64,000 nt of DNA from Lytechinus pictus (lineage: Eukaryota), in the NCBI RefSeq assembly GCF_037042905.1, contig NC_087251.1, forward strand, positions 35,652,001-35,716,000. The letters run 5' to 3'. The position numbers were made by a program, and so were the translations under genes. Within the stretch, counting starts at the first letter, position 1. Every line of letters starts with the position of its first letter. Below are positions 11,700 to 25,191 of the stretch, piece after piece. The notes beneath the pieces were generated by a model. The model had not been told where the DNA came from and ran no database searches. It saw only the letters and a program-made list of their open reading frames with translations.

Positions 11700-13162
11700 T
11701 AAATAAGACGACAGCAACCTGCGAAGCAGAGTGAGACTATAGGCGCCGCTTTTCCGACGACAGCGGCGGCGGCGTTGGCGTCAACACCAAATCTTAACCG
11801 AAGGTTAAGTTTTCTAAATGAAAGCATAACTTGGAAAGTATATAGACCTAGTTCATGAAACTTTGCCATAAGGTTAATCAATATTACTAAACATCCTGCC
11901 TGAGTTTCAGGTCACATGACTAAGGTCAAAGGTCATTGAGGGTCAATGAACTTAGACCATGTTGGGGGAATCATCATCAAAATCTTAACCTAAGGTTAAG
12001 TTTTTGAAATGTCATCATAACTTAAAAAATATATGGACCTAGTTCATGCAACTTGGACATATTAAGGTTAATCAAGTATTACTGAACGTCCTGTCTGAGT
12101 TTCAAGTCACATGACCTAGGTCAAATGTCATTTAGGGTCAATGAACTTTGGCCAAGTTGGGGGTATCTGTTGAATTACCATCATAACTTTAAAAGTTTTA
12201 TAGATCTGATTCATGAAACTTGGACATAAAAGTAATCAAGTATCAATGAACATCCTGTGCGAGTTTCAGGTCACATGATCAAGGTCAAAGGTCATTTAAG
12301 GTCAATTAACTTTGGCCAAGTTGGGGGTATTTGTTGAATTACCATCATAACTTTGAAAGTTTATTGGTCCAGTTCATAAAACTTGGTTATAAGAGTAATC
12401 AAGTATCACTGAACATCCTGTGCGAATTTCAGGTCACATGACCAAGGTCAATGAACCTTGGCCATGTTGGGGGTATCTGTTGAATTACCATCATAACTTT
12501 GAAAGTTTATGGATCTGATTCATGAAACTTGGACATAAGAGTAATCAAGTATCACTGAACATCCTGTGCGAATTTCAGGCCACATGACCAAGGTCAATGA
12601 ACTTCGGCCATGTTGGGGGTATCTGTTGAATTACCATCATAAATTTAAAAGTTTATGGATCTGATTCATGAAACTTAGACATAAGAGTAATCAAGTATCA
12701 CTGTACATCCTGTGCGAGTTTCAGGTCACATGACCAAAGTCAAATGTCATTTAAGGTCATTGAACTTTGGCCATTTTGGAGGTATTTGTTGAATTACCAT
12801 CATAACTCTGTAAGTGCATTGGTCTAGCTCATAAAACTTGGACATATTAAGAGTAATCAAGTATCACTGAACATCCTGTGCGAATTTCAGGCCACATGAC
12901 CAAGGTCAATGAACTTTGGCCATGTTGGGGGTATCTGTTAAATTACCATCATAACTTTAAGAGTTTGTGGATCTGATTCATGAAACTTGGACATAAGAGT
13001 AATCAAGTATCACTTTACATCCTGTGCGAGTTTCAGATCACATGACCAAAGTCAAAGGTCATTTAAGGTCATTGAACTTTGGCCATTTTGGAGGTATTTG
13101 TTGAATTACCATCATAACTCTGTAAATGCATTGATCTAGTTCATAAAACTTGGACATATTAA
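11700..13162 (+). repeat. About 170-190 bp tandem array rich in AGGTCA/TGACC, probably the core of a Helentron-associated (HINE/DINE-like) element
   Basis: About 7 units of CATGAAACTTGGACATAAGAGTAATCAAGTATCACTGAACATCCTGTGCGAGTTTCAGGTCACATGACCAAGGTCA, preceded by a GC-rich head with a (GCG)n run. Confidence 0.8.
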
Positions 13163-14077
13163 GATTTTGATAAAATTTTCAGCATTTTATTTTCCCTTTT
13201 TTCTTCTTCTACGGTAGCTGAAACTACAATTTCATTTTTGTTTGAATATTTTCAATTTCGGGTTGTTAAAGTTATGTATTGTATATGGAATTTTGTTATC
13301 ATAATCTACGTTATCTATGTATGCTTTGCTTGTTCTGTTTACTCAGATATGTCCTTGTTGTTCTTTTTCATCATTTTGAACGATTGTAGTCTTAAATAAA
13401 GTGATGAATTACCAGGCCAAATCTACATTTTGTCATAGTCATGATAGTGGCCAAAGTAAATTGTCATATCCATTCATTTCCATATTCATTTATGTTGCAT
13501 GTGTACGTACATGTTTCACATCAATGTTAGATCATGGATCCTACTAGTAGAATCCATGGTTAGATCAAATTAAAATATTTTATTGTTGTAGTTCTTTAAT
13601 GATTTATCCTGGTCTTCAGGACTATTGAGGCCTATTTTCCCAATGCCTTGGCCTTGGATTTTCGTGCCTTATTCGCCTTGAAGCATTTTCAAGGCATATT
13701 ATAATTTTTATTTTTAGAGAAATATAATTTGCGATGCCCTGGAACCTCGTGCTCAAAACGTAACTGTTTTTACTTTTACTGCTAAAAGAATTAAATTTAT
13801 GTTGTTTGTAAATTGAATAGCGCCATCGACAAATTTCTTTGAAATTAATTCTTACGTAAATTTATTAGCTGAAGCCGGACGTTCTGTCTGATAAAAAGAC
13901 ACTCGATTGCTCATTGATAGATTAAAATCACGTATTTCGAATTTTGCGTAGTGAATTTTTATCGTTAATGTATTCATATTTAATGATTTTTGTGTTTATT
14001 TTATTCTGTTTGTGCCATTAATGTATTTTGAGGCAAAAACAACTATATAAATCTCACTCTTATATCACTATACAGGG

Positions 14078-14232
14078 TTATTATCATTATCATCATTGTT
14101 ATCATTCTTATTATTCTTATCATTATCTTTATTATTATTATAAGTAGTAGTAGTAGTATAGTAGTAGTAGAAGAAGAAGCAGTAGAAGTAGTAGTAGTAG
14201 TAGTAGTAGTACTAGTAGTAGTAGTAGTAGTC
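14078..14232. repeat. (ATT/ATC)n and (GTA)n microsatellites
   Basis: Directly visible trinucleotide runs. Confidence 0.9.
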
Positions 14233-17200
14233 TAACAAATCAATTAGATAAATTATAATTGATTTGTTATATATACTACTACTATTTCGTTATTGAATGT
14301 ATATGAGAGTGATGGCCCTGTAAGTTTATGAAATGCCAAAGCACAGTAAAACTTCAGTCTACTTTTCTTCCCATGTTTATTGTCTTATTATCTGCCAGTG
14401 TCCGTTTCATGTTGTTGTGTGTTATTTCTATTTACCAAATTATTTTCATGTTATTTGTATATGCAAATGGAATCAGTGAATGATATTCATCCGCTATGTA
14501 GGTATTATCTTCGTCTGCATTTCTGGCTGCATCAGCTCATTCAATAATTCCTCAAGTAGAGCTAAGAATGGAATATTATTTTGTTATATCATGTATATTG
14601 CCAATCTAAAATCAGTCGGAACCGATGATCATCTAAGGAAGAGAGACACTTCAATTTCATATTATTAAACAAGATGATTGTTTTGTGTACTGTTAAAAGA
14701 TATTTTGAAATTTGTTTCAATATGTAAAATATTAATATATTAAAGGCTGGGTAACTTAATAAACTATGTTTTCCAGCTGGTTTCAATTTAATTTCAAATT
14801 CTAATTCAGTACAACTTCAAATGGAATTATTTAAAAAAAATACATTTCTTTAAAGATCGTTCCTATCCCTATCCTGTTATCTAACTGCAACTTCCCCCTC
14901 TAAAATAAGTTTACCGTAAGCCCTTTATATATTAACTTGATTTATTCCATATTTTGCTGACATGAGCATTTATTTGAATAATTAGTTGATTTTTATCGTG
15001 TCAACATTTATATTCTTGTTGTATTGATTGCTTTTACAATTGTTTAATTGTTTCTGTTTCATTTACGCTTATTATCTACGATAAGATACAGTATCAATTT
15101 ACACTTACGCTACCTTGTAGTTTGTTTGTACAATAATATTTTATGTTGTTCTATTTTATAATACAGGACCAAGATTTAAAACAGTGTCCCATTCCTATAT
15201 CATTATCCTGTCAAAACATATTTTGATAAAATTAGAATGAAATAGATAAAACAATGTAGTTTTGCCTTTTGTCTTCCATCGTTATTTTGTTGTTAAAAAA
15301 TTGAAATGAAATAAATATTGTATCAATCAATCGGTTTTGGACAGGACTGTGTCACTATTTTGTAATAATTGTAGGCATAATTTCAAGAATACCCATAAGC
15401 ATTATTTTCCTGAGTACATGTACGTCAAAATGTATTATTTTCCTAATTTCCTCCTTTAAGCATATCACCAATAATAAGGAAAGTTTGAAAAATATCTCCT
15501 AAAATATGTTAAAGTGTTTTCATATTAAAAAAAAAATCCCTATATAGGATTCAATTAACGAATTCAAAATATAACACAAATAATTACAATCATTGTAAAT
15601 ATAAAACTTTATATTATTTCTTCAGACAAAACCAAGTGAATTTCTTTCTAAAATTAATTAAAAAGTGGTACTCCCGCGGAACGGTTTTCAAAGTGGGGGT
15701 GGGGGCTTAGCCAAAAGTGGGGGGCTGACCATGCAAAAAATCACATTCCTATGGTCATTTTTACGTTTTTGTACACGGTTTTGGAAAAAAGTGGGGGCTG
15801 AAGCCCCCCCCCCCTACACTCACACACATACACACAAAGTTTTGCAATCTGGAGAAAAGAAAGAAGAGCAATGAAAAACTTAGTGGAGGTCAATAATTGG
15901 TTTTCAGTACAATGTCAAAATATATTAGGTCTAAGAATTTGCTTGCTCGTTTTGCTCGCTCGCAATTTTTGGTTAAATTAATCTTACCCCATCGCCCATT
16001 TATGGCCCTTAAAATGTTTGGTTCATTATGTATGCCACTGACCCCCTCTCCCCTACTAAATTTTTATGTAAAAACCCAGTCACAAAGAAAAATATTTGTA
16101 TCCGTCATCATCCCCCCCCCCCCGTGAATACCGATTGGATCGACAAGCATGAGATCATGTAATAAGATATGAAGAGGATCATGGTCGAACCCAAAAATGC
16201 CATCCCCCCTCCCCCCCCCCCCCCCTTAACAAAGTTCTTGTTTCCTTCGTGTGTTCTTGTATTGATTTTGAACACATTTAGTTTAAGAATTGATAATAAG
16301 TGTGTTAAAAAACTATCGGATTTTAGCCCTATGCATTCTTTATTGATTTGTATATTTATATGAAATTGGATGAAAATAATTGTTGAATTGACTTGAATGG
16401 AATTCTCCCCTTCCCCCTCTCTCCCTCTCTCTCTCTCTTGCCTCTGGATCATAATTGCATGTTCGATTTCTTATTGCATTTTGTGAATTAAGTTTGAATT
16501 CTAATATTATTTTGTTTCTGTCTTGTTATTTAGTTTTGTTTTGATAATCAAGAGCGGATCCAGGATTTTCAAAGGGGGAGCACATGTGTGTAAGAACGGC
16601 ATAAGAATATTGACCATGCTATGGCTCTCAAAGGGGGGGGGGGGCACGGGTTGGACGTGCCCCTCCCCCCTGGATCCCTCACTGATGATAAATCATTGTC
16701 AGGATTTTATTAATAAACTTTAGATCATTTATATGTGGCAATTAACGCCCATGGCAACCATGCATTAATCAAGTCTGCCGTGTATACCCTTCACTCGCGA
16801 AAAGTGGTCTGAGTATACAGCCTACAATGACAAGTGTACAGGGTATGAAATTCAAAACATTAAGTTTTACATGTGTTAGTCTTGTGCATGAGACCATGAT
16901 CAAAGTTTAAACAAGCAAGGTCTGCAGCAGACGACGATTATACGTTACCCCACTCAAGGAGCAAAGTCCGCATGCAAATTTGTAGCCTTTTTAAATGCAT
17001 CAGCAGCTACTGTTTATTTTTTAAAGCACCTGAAATTAGAATATCGGAACAATATCAGATATTTTGGACAAAATGAATGTTAGAAATTTATGTATGAAGA
17101 TATAAATTTTATTTTAACGGGATAAAATATCATCAATTACGACTTTGATGATCTTAATGTGAATGAATAAATAAGACCGCCATGAATTGAAGAAAAGTGT

Positions 17201-17401
17201 GATCGTACGATATTTGTTGTGCGTCTGCTATATCCAGCGTTGCACCGAGTGTATACCGTACAGAAGATCAGAGGTGAGATATTTTACAATTTATATGTTT
17301 TTCCAAGAACAAAAAATAATAAATGCCACGTTATGAGTACAAAATCAAAGGTAATTTATTCATACCGTATTTGAAATGAAAACTTGTCGTATGCGACATT
17401 G

Positions 17402-17683
17402 TATAAAAGGTGTGAAGCGCCGGGCTGCTGCCGTGCTGCGCTGCTGGCATTTCAGTCTCATGTCACTGTCAGGCCTGGCACAGAGTGTCGCATACCGTAG
17501 CGTAGACCAAAAGCTTCGGTCTATGTTATGTTGGTTGTTCAGCTGAACTCCGTTGGCTTCACTCACCAAATACAGAGACCGAAGTTCTAGCGCGATCTGT
17601 ACAGGGGACTCAATGGCCATATGTTTATGTACTTAAGATCGGATAAAACGGGGAAGTGAATTTACGCGACAGCCGAGGTAAGT
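17402..17683 (+). promoter_or_regulatory. Candidate TATA promoter plus non-coding first exon
   Basis: TATAAAAG at 17402, a locally GC-rich stretch, and a consensus donor GAG|GTAAGT at 17678. The ATGs just upstream of the donor close before reaching it. Confidence 0.3.
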
Positions 17684-18831
17684 CACTGTTTTTGTTCCTT
17701 TTAACTTGATTTTTCTCCGTTTTTTGGCAATTAATGCCAAGAGGGAATATTAATTTGCATTTTGGTCGCGTTAATTTTCAAAATTTTTATTCATTAAAGA
17801 CAAAAATTGAAGAGCCCCGACGGGGGGATTTTGCATTGCAAGTCCCCTAATGGTGGCTGCACGCTAGCGAGCCGTCTGTGTACGAGGAGAAATTTTAAAA
17901 AAAAATGTTAAAAAACTCCTCGAAACTACGAAGCCCCAAACCGGACATTTTTGACATCCAAAAAAAAAAAAAATTATCACGTACGTACGCAGTATTATTA
18001 CGTACGTACGTAATATTATTACGTACGTACGCAGTATTATTACGTACGTACGTGATAATTATTACGTACGTACGTGATCATTATTACGTACGTACGCAGT
18101 ATTATTACGTACGTACGTGATAATTATTACGTACGTACGCAGTATTATCACGTACGTACGCAGTATTATTACGTACGTACGTGATAATTATTACGTACGT
18201 ACGCAGTATTATTACGTACGTACGTGATAATTATTACGTACGTACGCAGTATTATCACGTACGTACGCAGTATTATTACGTACGTACGTGATAATTATTA
18301 CGTACGTACGCAGTATTATCACGTACGTACGCAGTATTTATTACGTACGTACGTAATGTTATCTCCCAAAAGGTCATACATGAATTCAAATACCGGTAGT
18401 TACTGAAATCTGATCACGCTAGCGCGAAGCCCGCAGGCTTTAAATTTTTATGTGGGCCTACAATAGGCCTTCTGCTTTGATTCCCGCATAGAATTTCCCT
18501 TTAAATACCAGCCTCTTCAAATAGTTTTTCTTTTTTTAAACACCTATACATCTTGCATCAATTAATACCATATCATATTCAAATTTAAGCAGAGAACGAA
18601 GCAATTTCAAAAGGGTGGTAAAATAATAGAGGCTCGATCATCCCAGTGTCGCGTGTGGGTACATTTTTGAAAAAAACTGTCTCGCCAAAACACTAACATA
18701 ATAGGCCTTTAATTGTCCTTTCCCCAATGTGTTTCTAGCAGTTTCTGAAAGGAATGGTTTAATTGAAAACACAGCCTGATGACGAGAACAAATGAAATGG
18801 TTATCATATGAATATTGTGGGTTATATATAG

Positions 18832-21800
18832 CAGGGACCTGGGAACTCGCGGGGGTGCTGGGGGTGCTGAAGCACCCCCAAAATTTTTCCTGGGGGTGCT
18901 GCGTGTATTATTTTCCATAGGCAGCACCCCCACGAAATCAGGTTCCCTTTGTATTTTTTATATATGTTATAATGTACATAATTATCACATCCGACAATCG
19001 CAAATCATACAACGTCTTTCACATATTCCAATAACATCCCTCCTATAACATGTAACGCGACTCAATCAAGCTCCGGCACGCCGATACAGACGTAGTCGCG
19101 CGCGATACGTGATAACCATTATAGTTTACACACTACCATGACTACTCGATAGCAGGGAGGGACAAGGGTGTGGTTGGACTTGAAACTTAGACGGTTTTAT
19201 GTCGAATCAAGTGTGGGCGAGCCCGACCGCCCGTGTTTTGTATAAAGAATTACAATTCAGACAATAAAAATCAAATTTCAGTCTTTTTCGCCCTGCCCCA
19301 TATGGCCCTGGGAAGCGGGGGTGCTGGGGGTGAAGCACCCCAAAATGTGGGGGTGCTGCATGTGTTATTTTCCATAGGCAACACCTCCTGGAAATCTAGT
19401 GGTAAGTTGATGAATGACAGAAATGTAATGAAAATGAACGATGTTTTGTAGACCCCCACCCCCTTAAGAATTTTCCGACACAGTACTTAAAATAGTGTTT
19501 AAATTCACCCTTTTTCAAATCGGAATATCAAATATTTTCTGCTCGTGCTTCGCGCTCGCATTATTGATTTTTATAATAAAAACAAAGTATTTACAACGCC
19601 CAGATACTAAAGGGCTAACTCTAAACACGCGCACGCATGTTTATTCAGATACGCAGCTTGTTTTGGGGCTACTCCGGGCTGAAAATATTTATATCAAATA
19701 CAATTTTATGAAAATCTGATAACAAATAGTTAAGTTATTTAATTCTAAAGTTTAGCAATAGTTTATGAAAATGGTGATATGCATGTCGTCATGAATATTA
19801 AATAGGTGGGTTGACATGTGCGGAAATCTCTTCCCAAAGGTAGAGGGACCAGGGCCTGCATGGAAAATTTGACAAGCATAAAAAAAAGAAAAAAAAGTTT
19901 TTCACCCAAAATGTAAGGTCATTTAGTCCAAAAGCTATTATTTCGATTGTGAAGTGATGTATTTTTCTCCATGAAAGACCAAAAATAGTAGGGGGGCATT
20001 TGATATTGTGTCCCCCTACTATTTTTGGTAGGGGGGACACGTCCCCCTGTCCCCTCTGGGATTTCCGCCCTTGCGGGTTGAAGATATCACATCCCCACTA
20101 TCCTGTTTCTTGTGTTATTACATGGAATCAAAATTGTTTAATTTTTTCATACCAGTGTGAATGATATGTCTCCCTTATAATGAAATAAGTTGCAGCAAAG
20201 AATATCTAATAGACTAAATCAGTTGTCAATTCAACTGTTTTTTGGTTCTTGAAGGGAAAATATCAAATAAACCTAATTTTATATAATAAAATACAAAAGA
20301 ACAATGCTAATCTTTAAAATGCAATAACTTTGATATTCCTTGTCGGATTTTGATCAAATCTTTATTCTTATGTTCGCCTGATTTCTCTTTATCTGTTCAA
20401 ACCATATTGCACACAGTGTGGAGTTTCAGATCAGAATATCAAAAATTTTCTGCTCGCGCTTTGCGCTCACATTATTAAAGGACAAGTCCACCCCAACAAA
20501 TAGTTGATTTGAAAAAAAGGAGAAAAATCCAACAAGCAAAACACTGAAAATTTCATCAAAATCGGATGTAAAATAAGAAAGTTATGACATTTTAAAGTTT
20601 CGCTTAATTTCACAAAACAGTTATATGCACATCCTAGTCGGTATGCAAATTGACAGACTGATGACGTCACCCACTCACTATTTCTTTTGTATTTTATTAT
20701 ATGAAATATGAAATATTATAATTTTCTCCCCCTTGTCAAGTGAAACAATGTTTCATTTCTCCCTGAACATGTGGAAATACCATCATTTTAACAGTTTATG
20801 GTTAAGTTAAGTTGGTCCTTGTTGTCAAATCTGTAAAAATTGAAATATTGTATTATTCAAACAATAAAAGACAAAAGACATAGTGAGTGATGGACATCAT
20901 CGACTCTCTCATTTGCATATCACTGAGTTGTGCATTTAACTGTTTTGTGAAAAATAAGCGAAACTTAAAAATGTCATAACTTTTTTATTTTACATCCGAT
21001 TTCGATGAAATTTGCAGTGTTATGTTTGTTCGATTTTTCTCTATCGATTCAAATCAACAATTTTCTGGGGTGGACTTGACCTTTAATGTAAGAATATATC
21101 CAATTACCCATCATTTTCTTGATTTTCAAAACATGAATAGAATGTCCCAATTATAGGTCTGAAATCTCAATTTTGTTTCCGCTCGCTCTTTGCGCTCGCA
21201 TCAATTGTATAGTTATATACCTATCCTGTTCATGATTAGAAAAGTGCTTAAGATGTCCTGTTTTTAGGTCTGAAATCTCATTTTTAATTCCGCTCGCGCT
21301 TCGCGCTCGCATCAATTGTATATTTATATACCTATCCTGTTCTTGATTTGAAAAGTGCTTAGAATGTCTCGTTTTTTGGTCTGAAATCTCAATTTTGTTT
21401 CCGCTCGCACTTCGCGCTCGCATCTTATCCTGTTCATGATTGCAAAAAGTGCTTAGAATGTCCAGTATTTAGGTCGGAATGTCAATTTTTTCAGCTCGCG
21501 CTTCGCGCTCGCATTATTTGATTGGTGATATATGAATCGTCTTAATGAGTAACTGCAAACATTCCTTATAACACTTCCCTTTCGATCAGACCAGAGCGTA
21601 TATAAAAAATATCTGCTCGCACTGATCACGTTCGCAGTTATTATTTGTTACATACGCATCTTGTTCAGGACCACAAACATTGCTCAAAATATTCAATTTT
21701 TCAGGACAAAATACATGAATTAATTTCCCCCCCCAAAAAAATAGCTCGCGTTTCGATCGCGCTCGACTTATCTCATTATATATGTTCTTTTATAAGAAGA

Positions 21801-21995
21801 AAGCTAAGAAGTGACTGTCATATATATGTATATATATATATATGTGTGTGTGGGGGAGGATTGGTTGGTGTGTGTGTGGTGCCCTTAGAGGTGTGTGTGT
21901 GTGTGTAATTATGGAAAATTCAATTATTGTGTCCCCCCCCACCTTTGAGGAGAGATTTCAGCACCCCCACTGAAAAAATCGTTCCCAGGTCCCTG
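18832..21995. mobile_element. hAT-like non-autonomous element nested in the 4.6-kb element
   Basis: TIR CAGGGACCTGGGAAC / GTTCCCAGGTCCCTG; 8-bp flanks ATATATAG / TTATATAG (7 of 8 match). Confidence 0.8.
20479..21082. mobile_element. TTAA-TSD (Kolobok-like) MITE, second copy, opposite orientation to 9382-9975
   Basis: TTAA|AGGACAAGTCCACCCC ... GGGGTGGACTTGACCT|TTAA. Confidence 0.85.
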
Positions 21996-23111
21996 TTATA
22001 TAGGCCCTATAATCGATGAAAAGTCATGATCATCACCAGCATGACTATGGTCCAACCATGGTCCCAGCTAGCAAGCTGACGTTGGTTGGGCCAATGCGGG
22101 GTGCCGATGTCGGCCACATTCGGCGAATATCGGATTCCATAGACCAATGAAAATTAGAATACTACGTACGTACGTAATAATACTGCGTACGTACGTAATA
22201 ATACTGCGTACGTACGTAATAATTATCACGTACGTACGTAATAATACTGCGTACGTACGTGATAATACTGCGTACGTACGTAATAATTATCACGTACGTA
22301 CGTAATAATACTGCGTACGTACGTAATAATACTGCGTACGTACGTAATAATTATCACGTACGTACGTAATAATTATCACGTACGTACGTAATAATTATCA
22401 CGTACGTACGCAATAATACTGCGTACGTACGTAATAATTATCACGTACGTACGTAATAATACTACGTACGTACGTGATAATTTTTTTTTTTTGGTTGTCA
22501 AAAATGTCCGGTTTGGGGCTTCGTACGAAACAGACGGCTGCCAGCTGTCTAACCGTAGCGTACCTCGGGCGATGGCTCGTGGAGGCTTCACGACCGCTAC
22601 ACCTACAGACACCACTCGAGCCCCGAGGGTTCATTACCATCCTGCCTGTGGGGAATCTACAGGTAGGACTATGTGACGTCTATGGTATGCCAATGCTGTA
22701 CACAGCACACAATTTAAAAATCATTAAGATATCACTTTTGTGACCCAAAATACTAATTTCCGTACAGTTGCAATTTATTTTTCATAACTTGGGTCCTTTT
22801 TTTTGGGAGTAATTTTTGTATTCGCCAGAGCGCTCAAACACTTGAATTTTGGGCATATTTTTGTGTACGCCCTCTATTGGTGGAAAATAATATGGCAAGA
22901 AAATAGTAATTTTTCATTCTCTATTTTTAATTAAGAAAAAATAATTTAAAGAATCAAATTTACTTAAGAGCCAAGTTAAATGATAAATAACTGTAATGGA
23001 AACTGACAGTGTCAAAAAATCAAGCATTTGTCCCAAAGAAAAAGAGAAAATAAGCCAAACATTGCCAACCTTATTTCACCACACAGGGAGTAGTACTAGT
23101 AACACTAATAA

Positions 23112-25191
23112 TATGCTTTTCACACTGCATTTCCTTAACCCCATACTATCTTTTTTTCGATTCACACTGTCTTTCTTAACCCCGTACTATTTGCTTAGCC
23201 GGGGTTAACGCCTTAACCCCGGGCAATCACACAGCTCATAAATATTGATGATTTTACCCACTCATCCTATATACGAACGAGGTTATAATATAACCTCGTT
23301 CTCGGCTGTGTATACCTCTCTGTTGTTAAAATATACATTTCTCATTTCCCCCCCATCCCTTGCCCAAAGCATCGCGAATCAATGCATTCTTTAATGAGTA
23401 TATGATTAAAATTGTTATTTTGACGGGAAGGCCATCAAATAAAGCACTATAATGTAACAAATTGAATAAAAACTCACCGATTTCTCTACGTGAACCTCAT
23501 CCAACTGCCTCCATTACGTCTATGGTGTTTGACAGTGACAAATCGAAAAGAAAAAAGATCTCACAAAACCATAGAGGCTCATCAACCCGTTTGGACCACT
23601 GACCGTTGAGGTTTCGACGAAACACTGCTCGTAATGCATTCTGGTAAGGAAGTCTTGATAGCCTCAATCAAGACAAATTTGCAATTTTTAATGTAACAGA
23701 AGTTCAGAATAACGAACTTTACTGTGGGTATAATCAGGGGAGAATCCAGGATTTTCCAAAGGGGGAGGGGTGGTTTCTTTTACAGAAAAAAATAACAAGC
23801 CCCCCCCCCCCCCCGTGAAGGAGATTTATGTAACGAATAATATCACAATTATGATAAAAGCTCCTCGCTATACAGTATGAAGTTTCAAGTTAATTTAATT
23901 GATTTAAAATCCAAACATAAAGGATTACAATAAAATGAAATTAACAATTTATACAAATTATCAAACAAAATGAATGCAAAATAAATCTGTTTTATGGCTT
24001 TCGAGGGGGTGGGCACGAGCCTGATGTGCTCCCCATCCTGGATAAATAAAAGAAACTCATAAAAATAAATTGGAAAGTAATTATGTTCTGTTTTATTACT
24101 TTGTCTTGAGTTCCTTGCCCTTTCATTCTTTTCACATTTCACCCTTTAATTCCAGGACGGTACAAAATGTGGGCTTACAAAAGTGATATGATGATGAAAA
24201 AGAATATTCCACAACAATATGAAAAATAATAAAAAACCAAAATGATAATATTAATAATTAACCCTTACAATGATAGCACTCAACAAAAAGAGAGGGATCG
24301 GGGGGTCGAGAGAAGAAGCAATAACCCCCCCCCAAAAAAAAAAAAGGCATCATATTTCCTTTCACCATACGACAAGATACAGTTCATTATAGAATAAACT
24401 AAGCTGATGGCGCTACAACAATTATTCTTGTGTATAAAATAATTTAAAAAAATATTGTGTGTCAGGGGAGAAAGAGACTACTATCGCTGGATCTCGGAGA
24501 TCCGAAATAGAAGCATAACCGGAAACAGGTATCTGTGGTGAGAAGCATTTTTATACAGCTCTGTTGAGGTCAGTGGTGTGGTCGCTTCCGTTAGCTTTCT
24601 TTAATTGAGCACAAGAGGGCGCATTACATCCTCTACGTAGAAGTCTATGCGCTGCTGAGGATCATGACAAATTTCATCATACATTCCGACAATTTCCCGA
24701 AGAGTCTTAAAAGATATGACAATATATCGTTGAGTCCAAGATAAATCACAGCAACAACGGAATGAAGATCAACGTTTGGTTCGGGGGGAAAGACTGGTAA
24801 GTCAAACTCTTACTTTTACATGTTTTAGAACAAATTTTGTCTATTAGTACGGCTCACATACCACTAGTCCCATCCCCTACCTTTTGCTGTATGGCAAATG
24901 GTCAGGGATGACGAGTGGATTTTACCATACAGAGCGCGATTAATGTGCAATTTCGACTTCTGTGATTGGCTAATGCTTACTAGTACCGCAATTGTGGTGC
25001 TAGCACCACAATAAGCCGGCTAACCCTGCTTTTTTGCAGGGCCAGATAGTACCGTACTATTTACCGTGCTAGTGCGTAGTGTGAAAACGAAGTAGGCTAA
25101 GCTTAACCCTGGGAAATTGGTGGGGCTAAGACCCCCCTTAGCCCCACCAATTTCCTGGGGTTCAGGGAAAAAGTGCAGTGTGAAAAGCATA
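23112..25191. mobile_element. About 2.1-kb TIR-bounded element with TAA TSD (PIF/Harbinger-like signature)
   Basis: TAA|TATGCTTTTCACACTGCA ... TGCAGTGTGAAAAGCATA|TAA (18-bp perfect TIR); TTAACCC-type subrepeats occur in both arms. Confidence 0.65.

Larger units (their letters stand above)
17927..22525. mobile_element. 4.6-kb non-autonomous TIR transposon, TAC...GTA termini and 6-bp TSD CGAAAC (IS3EU-like signature)
   Basis: CGAAAC|TACGAAGCCCCAAACCGGACATTTTTGACA ... TGTCAAAAATGTCCGGTTTGGGGCTTCGTA|CGAAAC. Inverted subterminal 21-22-bp ACGTACGTACG minisatellites at about 17970-18355 and 22160-22480. Confidence 0.88.

Noticed and set aside
17970..18355. CRISPR-like regular repeats
   Set aside because: No unique spacers, no cas genes, eukaryotic context; these are subterminal repeats of a TIR element.
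24762..24796. ATG-initiated mini-exon MKINVWFGGKD as the GNPAT start
   Set aside because: It ends in phase 2, whereas joining the GNPAT frame at either NAGNAG acceptor needs phase 1; at most a uORF.
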